DNA of 64,000 bases from Octopus vulgaris (taxonomy: Eukaryota): contig OX597816.1 in the NCBI GenBank assembly GCA_951406725.2, positions 68,634,001 to 68,698,000 on the forward strand, given 5' to 3'. The translations under genes were made by a program, and so were the position numbers. Below the pieces are notes generated by a model. That model did no database searches, was not told the DNA's origin, and saw only the letters and a program-made list of their open reading frames with translations. The first letter of the stretch is position 1; each line of letters opens with the position of its first letter. Positions 52,709 to 64,000 of the stretch are shown one piece after another.

Positions 52709-53411
52709 ATCATGCATAGATACGTATATCCTATATGCATAGTACATATACACTTAATTTCATACATGTAAACTTATATATCACTGCACCATAGAGAGAA
52801 GAGAAAATAGAAATTACTCAGAAATACATTCTGATAATTTAACTTTACCGATATATAACAAAAAATAAATTGAAGAATTAGTATATGAAAATAATGAGTT
52901 AATCCTGATCTAAAGTATCTGATTCATGAGTTCTGTCTATAAATATAATGAAGCTTATAACTTATCTTCGTGGAAAACCTCCGAAGAAATTAGGCAACTG
53001 CCAACTTACATTTAACTTCACATAATGGCAAAGAAAAATTATTAGTATAAGACTGGGAAAGGTAATTAATTTTCCGGCATTGTGTTCTATCTTTAAGATG
53101 TAGCTTCGTGACAGTAAATTTAAATTTGAACTGTGATGTTACGTAAGGTATACTTTTGAATAGAGATTTGATTTAAGCCTCACCTTCTTGTTAAAAATTA
53201 AGAAAAATACAAGGCGAGGCCATAATTTCTTTTTGTATTCAATCGCGTTCAGAATTTCGCCTATTTTGATTATTTTCCAAATTTTAATGGGGCCTCATCA
53301 GATATGTATATATATAGATAGCGTGCGTGACAGAGCACGAGTGTTTGTAATAGAGAATGTGTTTTACATAAGTATATACATACATGCATGCATACATATA
53401 CATACATACAT

Positions 53412-53710
53412 ATCACCGTGACCGATCAGGATATCAGATGTTGCTACACATCGCTGGTCACAATGCGGCTCACATTGTTTTAGCCTTCAAATGACACCAA
53501 CCCGCTGGCTAAGTGAGCAGGCCAACAGAAGAAAGAGTGAGAGAAAGTTGTAGCGAAAGAGCACAGCAGGGATCGCTAACACCCCTGCCAGAGTCTCATG
53601 GAGCTTTAGGTGTTTTCGCTCACTAAACATTCACAACGCCCGGTCTGGGAATCGAAACCGCAATCCTACAACCGCGAGTCCGGTGCCCTAACCACTGGGC
53701 CATTGCGCCT

Positions 53711-53713
<3 letters not shown>
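53412..53713 (-). mobile_element. tRNA-derived OR-like SINE
   Basis: Minus head ggaggcgcaatggcccagtggttagggc...gtttcgattccc. Confidence 0.8.
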
Positions 53714-53756
<43 letters not shown>

Positions 53757-53757
<1 letters not shown>

Positions 53758-53975
53758 GTCAATTCAAATAAACAAAGAATTCAAATGAACGGATAAAAGA
53801 CGAAAAAAAAGAGAAAAACAACGAACGTTACGACGTGCACAACAGGTATATTAGATTGACGCTGGGTGAAATGAGGGAGTTTAACGTCCCGAGCATAGCT
53901 TTTCGTCGGAAAGGAGAGAAAGAAAAGTCCAAAGAAGGAAGAGAGAAAATCATCAACTGGCCACGTGTAGTTACA
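53757..53975 (-). mobile_element. Penelope-like repeat with a decayed hammerhead (53879-53912)
   Basis: CCGACGA-aaagc-tat-gctc-GGGAC-GTT-aaac; related to 13772-13975. Confidence 0.45.
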
Positions 53976-54047
53976 TAACATATATACATAATCATTTTAC
54001 ATTGCTGTTAAGGTAAGATAAAAAAAAAGAGAAAGTAATTTATCTAC

Positions 54048-54300
54048 TGTGGAGGCGCGTGGTTTAGTGGTTAGGGTATCAGCATCATCATCGTAAGATT
54101 GTGATTTCGATTCCTGGACCGGGCAACGCGTTGTTTTCTTGAGCAAATTACTTCATTTCACGTTGCTCCAGTCCACTCAGCTGGCAAAAATGAGTAACAC
54201 TATGATGGACTGGCGTCCCGCCCAGCTGAGGAACATATACGCCATTGAAACCGAGAAACCGGGCTCATGAGCCTGGTTAGGCTTTAAAAGGGCGCATTTA
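54048..54300 (+). mobile_element. Family C CORE SINE
   Basis: Near-identical in structure to 23420-23648. Confidence 0.85.
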
Positions 54301-54560
54301 TATTTTATTTTAATTCATCTAGTGAGGGATGAATATCAATTAATGTACATGGTATAAAAATATCAGCAGCTGCTAGTTTCTTGCTTTGGAGACGCGGGCC
54401 AGGCAGGTTTATTATAACACGTCTAATCTACGTGATCTGAGCATACGGTCTATTCACTTTATACATATATACATACATACATACGTACATATGTATGTTT
54501 TAGCCTTCAAATGACACCAATCATACGTACGTATGTGTGTATGTATGTATGTATGTATGT

Positions 54561-54735
54561 CCGATTAGTTCTATGTCGGACATAGGCTATTATTACCGCT
54601 AAAGGTTTTAGTTGCCAATTCTGTACAAGACATTGTGGATCTTTAGCTGGGCTAAAAAGTCACATTCGATCACAGCACCAGTAACAGTTAAACTTCGTGT
54701 AATGACCATACTCGATAACGAAGGGGCAGCCATAA
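54561..54735 (+). mobile_element. RTE-like LINE 3' end with a C-terminal C2H2 finger, embedded in (ATGT)n
   Basis: 54604-54684 translates GFSCQFCTRHCGSLAGLKSHIRSQHQ*; 3'UTR ctcgataacgaag stem-loop; (ATGT)n on both sides. Confidence 0.7.
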
Positions 54736-54877
54736 TGTATGTATGTATGTATGTATGTATGTATGTATGTATGTATGTATGTATGTATGTATGTATGTAT
54801 GTATGTATGTATGTATGTATGTACGTACGTACGTATGTATGTATGTATGTATGTATGTATGTATGTATGTATGTATA

Positions 54878-56074
54878 CAGGGTGCGGTGAATAAATTATG
54901 GTCTAAATTACACAAAGCAAAAACAAATGAAAATAATACCAACATTTTAACAGATATATTTACCAAAATTACATAAATTGACTTCGCCACTGACTTCAAC
55001 CACGGTCTCCAGACTACTTCGGAATCCCTTACAACTCTTCTAGACGGTGTCCATTTTTAAGTTGGTGAATGCTGCCATAATCCTTGCCTTCAGTTTATCT
55101 TTGGTGCCACAAGGAGTTTTGTTGGTCACTCGCTCAACTACACCTCACACATAATAATCAAGGTGGTTGCAGTCTAGGGAGTTTGATAGACAGATGTTTG
55201 GGGTGATGTGGTCGCAGAAATTGTCTGACAGCCATGACTGGGTTCCACTACTTATGTGGCATGGTGTAGAGTCCTGTTGCCAGATATAGGGCCTTCCCAC
55301 TGCTACCCTCTTAACCTTGGGCAGTACTGCCTCCTCCAAACACTTGGTATAGGCCTTCGTGTTGAGTTTGTGACCGTGTGGGAAGGCATAGCTTGTGATC
55401 AGTCAAAACACGATGTTGACTGGATGTTTAATTTTTATCACTCTTGGTACATGTTTTGGGGACACAGTAAGCCAATAGTTGTTCTGTGTGTTCACCATCT
55501 GATACTGGCAAAAACTTTTCTCGTCTAAGAAAAACCAAAATTTGATGGGTGCATGAGTTTGTTGAAAAGTCTCGTAGCGAGGTCTTTCCTTTTGTCCTTG
55601 ATGGCTTGGGATAAAAATTGGCCCTTTCTTATCGTGTATGAGGAATAATGAATGTCTTCCTGTACTATCTACCTCATAAGAAGCTGAGACACTCCCATGC
55701 CCCTGTCGATGGGGTGATAAATTTTCAGGGATCGTTGTCAATAATGGCTTGGATCTCACCAACAAATTCAGGAGTTCTTTTCTTATCAGAACGATCAGAG
55801 TGTTTTCCGAGGTGCCTTAACTTTGTAATCAACATTAGGCTCATCCAACTCTGCCTGAATCCTCTACACTGTCTTCAGATTGACATCGAAATATTCTGAA
55901 TGAAATGTTCGTGTTGGAACTTCCGGTGCGAATGCCAAGCAGTACAGCATGTCGTTTCCAAATTTCCAGCAGAGTGAATTGCATCATATTGCATTTTTTC
56001 GTCACATACGGTACCCAACTGACTCTACTATACTGTGTTGTCAACAAAATGAAAAAAGAAACAAACAGTGTCCA

Positions 56075-56075
<1 letters not shown>
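54878..56075 (-). mobile_element. maT (DD37D) transposon pseudogene
   Basis: TA-cagggtgcggtgaataaatt TIR; FFLDEKSF and WQQDSTPCH...SLDCNHLDY with 37 residues between the Asp residues. Confidence 0.85.
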
Positions 56076-56170
<95 letters not shown>

Positions 56171-56209
56171 TAGATAGATACATATACAAATATATATATA
56201 TATATAAAT

Positions 56210-56730
56210 ACAAAATGGGACAAGAACGCAAAACATCCAGATAGTTAAGTGATAAAAAAATGGGACAACAAATCATTCAGATAGACGACACCAAGAAAAC
56301 AAGGGCGGGTCATTTAGAGTTTTCTTTCCTGAATCGAGTTCCAGATTATCGTTGCAATTTCGGCTGGTTATACTTGAGATTGCTCCAATCTGGCCAGCCC
56401 CCCCCCCAAAAAAAAAAACAAAGCTAAGAGCATTTAGATCCCTCGGAAGAAAGCAGCGAATGTATATGAAAAAAGGATGGGAAAAAAAAAACAGAGAATG
56501 TTACACAAATACAAATAACAGAAAATACTAACAGGTGTCTTTCGACTAAGGACGAATTAATTTAAGCTGGCGTGTATGGAGGTAAAGCCTTGCGGCAGGG
56601 ACACAAGATTTCGCAGGCGCAGGTAGGAATACAGATGTTGCACGGACGACAGCCGAACCAAGAGAGAAAGGTCAGGCTTGGCCGAACACAGGTTACGTGA
56701 TGAGAGAAGAGAAAGCGGTAGAGGCAGAGG
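56210..56730 (-). mobile_element. Probable Penelope-like 3' repeat between (TA)n tracts
   Basis: Internal short tandem duplication (aaaatgggacaa..cagatag) and a ggctgg..ccagcc-GAAA hairpin; TA-repeat flanks; family call tentative. Confidence 0.35.
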
Positions 56731-56744
56731 GATATATATATATA

Positions 56745-57085
56745 TAAAGGGTAAAGACCCCCTTCGGTCATGAATGACCATGGGATTGCACCTAGAAAGT
56801 TACCCTCCTAGACACAAGTCCGGGCAAGGTTGTTTATGGAAGACCAGCAGTCGCCCATGCATACCAGCCTCCCCTCTCCACGCCACCAGTGTTATCCAAG
56901 GGAAAGACAAAGGTCGATACAGCTTGGCACCAGTGACGTCGCAACTCATTTCTACAGCTGAGTGAACTGGAGCAACGTGAAATAAAGTGCCTTGCTCAAG
57001 AACACAACACGCAGCCCGGTCCGGGATTCGAGCTCACAACCTCACGATCGTAAGCTCGACGCTCTAACCACTGAGCCATGAGCCT
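56745..57085 (-). mobile_element. Family C-type tRNA/CORE SINE with a different 3' tail
   Basis: Minus head ggctcatggctcagtggttagagcgtcgagcttacgatc...ctcgaatcccggaccggg, CORE-like gtgttcttgagcaaggcact. Confidence 0.75.
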
Positions 57086-57199
57086 TATATATATATATGT
57101 ATTTATATGTATGTATGTATGTATATATATATATATGTACATAGCTACATTTATCTGTCTGTCTATCTATCTATCTGTCTATATATATATATATATATA

Positions 57200-57395
57200 G
57201 TCGCCATGATAGATCGGTAGCCACTGCACACATTTTTCTCTCTTTGTTTCTTTCTGTGTTCCTTTCTGTGGAAGAGCGTAGGCTCGAAACGTAAAAGACT
57301 TTTTCAATTCCCGAGCGTGATACTAATACATCTCTTTGTTTTCTACACCACCTGTCTTCGTCTTTTGTGTTTTTTTTTTCGTGAATTCTCCCCCA
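57200..57395 (+). mobile_element. Penelope-like repeat in (TA)n with a hammerhead-like motif (57262-57297)
   Basis: cttt-CTGTGGA-agagc-gtag-gctc-GAAAC-GTA-aaag. Confidence 0.6.
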
Positions 57396-57396
57396 C

Positions 57397-57447
<51 letters not shown>

Positions 57448-57915
57448 ATTTTGTCTAGGCATAACGATAGTAATAATCAGATGTTAGAACTCAATATATT
57501 TATACTTCAGAGTAAAATGCCAGGAGGGTAAAGAACGTATTATCAATTAATGGATGACACAAGAACTCGAGTTATGCAATTGCCGTCACTAGCTTCCAGC
57601 GGTTTCTTCCACAAGAAGCACTGCATTCGGAGTGGAGTTCTTGTGAAACATATTATAGCTTCCTCGGAGCCATTAAAATGTAGCATATGCTTATTTCGGA
57701 AAACAATTACATAAACTTAAATTCGTTGCACAAGGTCTCAGCTCTGAGCGAAATGCTTCCTAAAGCAGAATCAGCGGTAAATTATGTAAGCTAATGTAAA
57801 TTGTACCGCAATTTCTGCCTGTTTGTCATTTGTGAATTGATATGTGTGTGTGTGTGTGTGTGTGTGAGTCTGTATATATATATTTATTTATGCATACATA
57901 CATTAAATGCTTTTA

Positions 57916-57973
<58 letters not shown>

Positions 57974-57977
<4 letters not shown>

Positions 57978-58134
57978 CGTAGGAGTGGCTGTGTGGTAAG
58001 TAGCTTACCTACGAACCATATTGTTCCGGGTTCAGTCCCACTGCGTAGCACCTTCGGCAAGTGTCTTCTACTATAGCCTCGGGCCGACCAAAGCCTTGTG
58101 AGTGGATTAGACAGAAACTGAAAGAAGCCCGTTG

Positions 58135-58196
<62 letters not shown>

Positions 58197-58421
58197 TCTG
58201 TGTGTATATGTTTGTTTGTCTGTGTTTGTCCCCCCCAACATCGCTTGACAACCGATGCTAGTGTTTTTACGTCCCCGTAACTTAGCGGTTCCGCTAAAGA
58301 GCCCGATAGAATAAGTACTAGGCTTACAAAGCATAAGTCCTGGGGTCGATTTGCTCGACTAAAGGTGGTGCTCCAGCACGGCCACAGTCAAATGATTGAA
58401 ACAAGTAAAAGAGTAAAAGAA
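57974..58421 (+). mobile_element. SINE family A copy
   Basis: Full head to tail. Confidence 0.85.
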
Positions 58422-58699
58422 TATATATATATGTGTGTGTGTATATATATGAACAATTTTCAACGGGTGTAGCTTGCACTGCACTACACCCCACTTGTTG
58501 GCTGAAGTAGACTTTTAACCGTTTGACATGAAAATTGATAAAACAAGGAACTTCCAAGGCCTCAGGTTTTATTTTGGAGATTTCTTCTTCTAGATAGAAT
58601 ACCAACCAAGGTTAAAAATCTTCTACCTTGAAATAAGCTATCCCCTTCTAGACACCAAACCGACACCCAAATATTTGGGAACCTATGGAAAAGGAACCC

Positions 58700-58975
58700 C
58701 CACCAACTGTAGTGCCTATATGACGGTGCGCAACTGTCAATGCAATGCATGCCAGAAGGCCAGCAAATCTAACGGAAGCATCAAAAGACATTCCAAGATT
58801 CGGAGAGATCAGAACTTACCTGCTGCACTTGGTGGTCCAAGTCGGAAATGCTATCTATGTGGGTGCGTTTTCAAAATATTGTCTGGTTTGAAAAACCGCA
58901 TGGGATACCATGATGGTTGTAAGGTGTAGGTACAGGCGGTGGTCAGACTCTGTATAAGGAGTAGAAAACCACCAC
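58700..58975 (+). pseudogene. RTE-like LINE 3' end with two degenerate C2H2 fingers
   Basis: CNACQKASKSNGSIKRHSKI and CYLCGCVFKILSGLKNRMGYH, then a short UTR and (CA)n. Confidence 0.6.
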
Positions 58976-59029
58976 ACACACACATACACACACACACATA
59001 TATATATATATAAATAGCAGTCTGCATCC

Positions 59030-59330
59030 AAAAGGATGAAAGGTAAACTCGACCTCGGCGGAATTTGAACTCAGAACATAACGGCAGACGAAATACATAT
59101 TTCTTTACGACCCACAAGAGGCTAAACACAGAGAGGACAAACAATGACAAACAAACGGATTAAGTCGATTACATCGACCCCAATGCGTAACTGGTACTTA
59201 GTTTATCGACCCTGAAAGGATGAAAGGCAAAGTCGACCTCGGTGGAATTTGAACTCAGAACGTAACAGCAGACGAAATACGTCTACGCATTTCGCCCGGC
59301 GTGCTAACGTCTCTGCCAGCTCGCCGCCTT
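59030..59330 (-). mobile_element. Family B SINE, 1.5 units
   Basis: Near-consensus. Confidence 0.85.
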
Positions 59331-60116
59331 CTGTGCAGCTTAAACTAACAGCATCAGACTCCGTAATGATAAGTAAAAACAAATTCTGTCTAATATCTGC
59401 ATAGGAAGAATACTGGGTCCGATATGGTTTTATTTTTCTTCTTTCATCTTAAGAGTTCTTTAGTAACAGAATAACCTTCCTTAGAGCGCGAAATAAGGAG
59501 AGATAGAAAAGGAAGGAGAGAGAGGGGGTAGAGTGCGAGAGAGGGTGGGAGGGAGAAAGACAGAAAGACAGAAAGAAAGAGATAGAGAGAGAGAAAGAAA
59601 ATAACAAAGAAAGAAAGAAAGGAAAAAGAAAGAGACCAGTAACTTTATCCATTTCTAATCTATGTTATCCATAACTCAGATAAACTTAACAGTTGTCTCT
59701 TGAATACAATACCATTGATCAAGCTAAACTAGGTTACATTCGAAGCAATGAAGCTCGTATGATGTGCAGGTTTCTGTTTTCAGCTGTTGTGGTTTAATCC
59801 CGGTTAAATATGTAATATATCCTTTTCAAAAGCAACATATTCTTACAGCTAAGTAACTATGAATAGACAGTTTGTCTGAGTCACCGAATTTCTTCTAATT
59901 TTGTTTGACATGTCTAAACCCAACGGAAATTTCATTGCTGATACCTGTTGCTTGCTATGATCTGATATTGTAGACGATAAAAATGTTTCTTACTCTAATT
60001 CTGTTTTGTTCCTGATCTGTCTAAGCATTTTTTTATTATGAATAAATGTTTCGTTTTATATGTTTCCCCTATAGTGCCAATCTCTCGCATATGTATGACA
60101 TGGAAAATATACGTAC

Positions 60117-60425
60117 ACATACACCTTCGACTCGACTTAACACCACAAGGAATACGGAAATAATAAATAAATAAAAAAAAATTTAAAAATCGATTTTCGG
60201 ACGCTGGTCAGCTCCGCGTACGATAACTATAGCAGGATCTGGCAACGCAGGTCTCCCTCAGACCCAGCCATTCACTGCCCGCCACTGTCTCTCACTCAGC
60301 TGCTTACAAGTATCAGTTGCGCCTGAATGAAAATAATGTTAAAAATATAAATCCGACATACGACCAGATCGACTTACGACCAGTCAGTCGGAACGGGACT
60401 CCGTCGTAAGTCGAGAAGGTGTATA
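60117..60425. mobile_element. pogo/Tigger-like MITE
   Basis: Ends catacaccttc..ctcgactta / gtcgtaagtcgagaaggtgtata; subterminal cgacttacgac repeats. Confidence 0.45.
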
Positions 60426-60540
60426 CATACATACATACATACATACATACATACATACATACATACATACATGCATACATACATACATATTTACATACAT
60501 ATGTAAACAAACAGACACGCTCAATCTCTCCCACTTTCAA

Positions 60541-60587
<47 letters not shown>

Positions 60588-60813
60588 TTTTTAGGAGAGG
60601 CAGTTACAACTGTCCTGCGTTATTGTATTTGTATTATATCCTTACTATACATCAAATAAGCCGACCTGTCAAATGTTGTTTTTCCATATTGCAGACGACG
60701 GGTATGACAGCATGACAGTACTGTGAACACACCCTATTAAACACCGCTTGTCACCACTGACTAGTTTATAAAATGCAAGTCTTGGGGCGAATCCAGTTTT
60801 GGTGATCGTTATG

Positions 60814-61001
60814 TGTTATGTTGCGCTTTCGGATGCCTTCTACTCAACTCGACTCCACTCTACTCTGACCTAGTCTACTCTCACCGCTACTCAACTGTTC
60901 TCTTCCCTCTGGTCCTACTCCTTTCTCGACGTCTAGGCTTCTCCCTCTATATCAACGTATTGGGCTAGTCTACTTCATCGTCTGCGGGCGTCCACACAAC
61001 A
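60814..61001. mobile_element. Solo LTR (188 bp)
   Basis: TGTT...AACA termini with a 5-bp TSD TTATG (60809-60813, 61002-61006). Confidence 0.6.
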
Positions 61002-61029
61002 TTATGCAATAACTCTTTTTGTGTTAAAC

Positions 61030-62108
61030 TAGACAAACACGTAGCAGAAGCTTATGGAATTTTCCAGGCTGTTTATAGATTAATTTTATGAAGCAAGTCT
61101 CTGTTTTACACTGGCAGACGTATAGTAAGAACCAGGAAGTTCATACTGATTCCCTTTTTCGACAGGAAGGGCATCAACTACCTCGGCTGGGCTTCATCTG
61201 CTTGGACTGTCAACGAAGAGTACTTTGCGGTGGAATTGAGGCCGATCAGGAAGTGATTTCATCGCAAAACAACAGAGCTCTACCACTCGAATCGGTGGCA
61301 CAGGCACCGTGACATTACACTAGTCTACAATACCTATTTCTTTACTACCCACAAGGAGCTAAACACAGAGAGGACAAACAAGGACAGACAAACGGATTAA
61401 GTCGATTATATCGACCCCAGTATGTAACTGGTACTTATTTTATCGACCCAGAAAGGATGAAAGGTAAAGTCGACTTCGGCGGAATTTGAACTCAGAACGT
61501 AGCGGCAGACGAAATACCTATTTCTTTACTAACCACAAAGGGCTAAACACAGAGGTGACAAACAAGGACAAACAAACGAATTAAGTCGATTATATCGACC
61601 CCAGTGCGTAACTGGTACTTATTTTATCGACCCAGAAAGGATGAAAGGTAAAGTCGACCTCGGCTGAATTTGAACTCAAAACGTAGCAGCAGACGAAATA
61701 CCGCTAAACATTTCGCCCGGCGTGCTAACGTTTCTGCCAGCTCGCCACTTTACTAGTCTACAATACCATCCAGGCAGCCAACCACTTGATACAGATGGGA
61801 TTCAAAACTGTCCTTCACCTTCGTTACTGCTGAGACCTTGACCTATATGGCTTTTGATTGCTGCCCAAGCTGAGAGAAATTCTCAGGATCTGTTGTCGTT
61901 CTGGAAACATTGAAAAAATGAAAGGTGGTGGCAAGGGTCCGGCAACCTTCTCTTTGGGAGATTTTCATGGGGCTTTAAAGAAGTTTTGTGGGACGCTACA
62001 AGTACTTTCAAATCAGTAGATCCTACTTTCAATGAAATTAGGGTATTGTACTTCTTTAATATTTTAATGGCACCCCTAAAAATGTCTCAACACTTCTGGA
62101 ATGCATCA
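61030..62108 (+). mobile_element. Highly decayed mariner remnant split by a family B SINE dimer (61335-61751)
   Basis: mariner-like coding remnants on both sides of the SINE; SINE TSD actagtctacaatacc at 61319-61334 and 61752-61767. Confidence 0.6.
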
Positions 62109-62112
62109 CGTG

Positions 62113-62147
<35 letters not shown>

Positions 62148-62189
62148 GTGTGTGTGTGTGTGTGTGTGTGCGTCTGTGTGTGTGTATCT

Positions 62190-62390
62190 CTTCAGTCTTT
62201 TTCATCATGTTAAACAGTTAATACCGACATATTCTTTCTCTCACTGTTGTTTTTCGTTGTCTCTCTAAACCTTTCTGTAGACGAACGCAGGTCCGAAACG
62301 TCAAGCAATTTCCCAGTCTTCCCGAGCGTCAAACTAAAACCCCTGCTTGTTGTTTCCTCACCTGTCCCTTTTTTCTGTAAATTTGAACCA
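62190..62390 (+). mobile_element. Penelope-like repeat with a hammerhead-like motif (62272-62305)
   Basis: ttt-CTGTAGA-cgaac-gcag-gtcc-GAAAC-GTC-aag; related to 57200-57395. Confidence 0.5.
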
Positions 62391-62479
62391 TGTCTCAATG
62401 TGTGTGTGTGCGTATGTATGTATGGAAATTTTTCGGTAACTTCGTAATACTAGGACATATATATATGCATGTTTATGTA

Positions 62480-62511
<32 letters not shown>

Positions 62512-63401
62512 GATGTGTGCATGTATATATATGTATATAGTCTATAAATCTTGCACACAGCAAGCACTAAAATGGAAAAATAGAGAAATAATATAACAAT
62601 TCGAGAATTCAACTTAAACAGCGTAACATATAAATAGGAAAAGACTTCAAAAAGTTTTATTATTTAAAAATAATGACTTACTCTTAATTCAAAGCATATG
62701 ATTCATGTCTTCTGTCTGTTGAAATAATGAAATTTGTTACTTAATTTCACATAAAATCTTCCAGAAACTGATAACTGTATAGATATAAAGTTCGGGTTAT
62801 AAACATTCTTAACTATAAAATGTCTTTATATTTTTCTCTATAAAAGAATAACACAATGATTTTTAACAGAATGAAACAAGTGTTAGACAATATATGATTT
62901 ATAGATAATTTTATGGAACTAGCTCTGTCATAATATTGCTATGAGTTTAACGACGTGGATATATGATATACAATACACAGGAAATATACAGATCGTAACA
63001 AGTCGAAGACGAGAGATCTCTCAAATCATTCCCTAAACTTTTCTCATATCATCCCCTATCAATTTCACGAAGCGAAGTATACTTACAGACACAATCACAT
63101 ACATTCATGCACATATACATACATACATGCATACATACAGGCTTTGAATTCTATGGGGAAATCTATGGAAGTAAATTTAGTATATACGCACGCATAGAAA
63201 CACACAAAAGCACACAGAGATACATTCACACATGCACCCACAAACACATACGCACATTGACACTCAAACACACACGCACACGGAAACACAAACACACACT
63301 CATACACACACAATCACATATTGCTTTAAAAGTTTTATAGAGAACTACCTACTTCTGAAGTCATTACTATAACGCATTTTAAGCACATCTTTATGTATGT
63401 T

Positions 63402-63433
<32 letters not shown>

Positions 63434-63457
63434 TGTATGTATGTATGTATGTTAATG

Positions 63458-63525
63458 GATCACAGCACCAATAACAGTTAAGCTTCGCGCAATGGCTATA
63501 CTCGATAACGAGGGGGCAGCCATCA
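63458..63525 (+). mobile_element. Short 3' end of the same RTE-like family as 54561-54735, again within (ATGT)n
   Basis: gatcacagcaccaataacagttaagcttcgcgcaatggctatactcgataacgagggggcagccatca. Confidence 0.75.
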
Positions 63526-63536
63526 TGTATGTATGC

Positions 63537-63857
63537 AAAGGAAGAAGAGAAAGAAGAAGAGAAAAGAAAGAAGAAGAGAAAAGAAAGAAGAAGAGAAAAG
63601 AAAGAAGAGAAAGTAGAAGAGAAAGAAGAAGCAGAAGAAGAAGAGAAAGAAGAAGGAAAGGAAGGAAAAGAAGAAAAAGAAGACAAAGAAGAAAATGAAG
63701 AAAAGAAAGAAGAAGAAAAGAAGAGAAACAAGAAACGGAAGAAGACGGAAAAGAAGAGAAAGAAGAAGGGAAAAAAGAAGAAAAGGAAGGAGAAGAAGGA
63801 AAAGAACACAAAGAAGAGAAAGAAGAAGAAAAGGAAGCAGAGAAACAAGAAAGGGAA
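63537..63857. repeat. Polypurine (GAA/AAAG-rich) low-complexity tract
   Basis: About 320 bp, nearly all A/G. Confidence 0.9.
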
Positions 63858-64000
63858 TGTATGTATGTATGTATGTATACATGCCCCACTATTATATATC
63901 TCACTATTATAAGACCTACTACCTTAGACCCCACCATTATCCCCTGAATGTTTACTGATGATTTTGGTGTTTTTCCTATCACTAACACAGGTGAGTAGAA

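Noticed and set aside
58675-58929. Host C2H2 zinc-finger gene
   Set aside because: Degenerate fingers followed by a LINE-type UTR and tail; better explained as an RTE C-terminus

Overview
AT-rich, microsatellite-dense eukaryotic DNA. The SINE families and repeat landscape suggest an octopus (cephalopod) genome; this is an inference from recalled repeat families. No intact protein-coding gene is visible, and almost all listed ORFs are microsatellite or repeat artefacts. The window is mainly intronic or intergenic. It contains: (i) three tRNA-derived SINE groups (a MetaSINE-like family in tandem arrays with long TSDs, a CORE-like SINE with an internal microsatellite, and an OR-like CORE family); (ii) decayed Tc1/mariner elements (DD34D mariner, DD37D maT, Tc1, MITEs), a Merlin fragment, a Helentron-type element and a solo LTR; (iii) LINE remnants (RTE, R4/Dong, CR1/L2-like, L1/Tx1-like ORF1). 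The most notable signal is about ten minimal type I hammerhead-ribozyme motifs of the Penelope kind. These include a G3:C8 core variant inside a 210-bp foldback, A6U variants, and a TSD-bounded element that fuses a tRNA-type Pol III head to a hammerhead-bearing tail (candidate ribozyme-carrying SINE). There is also one possible terminal exon (39543-39628, +) and AG|GTGAGT sites that could be recursive splice points.
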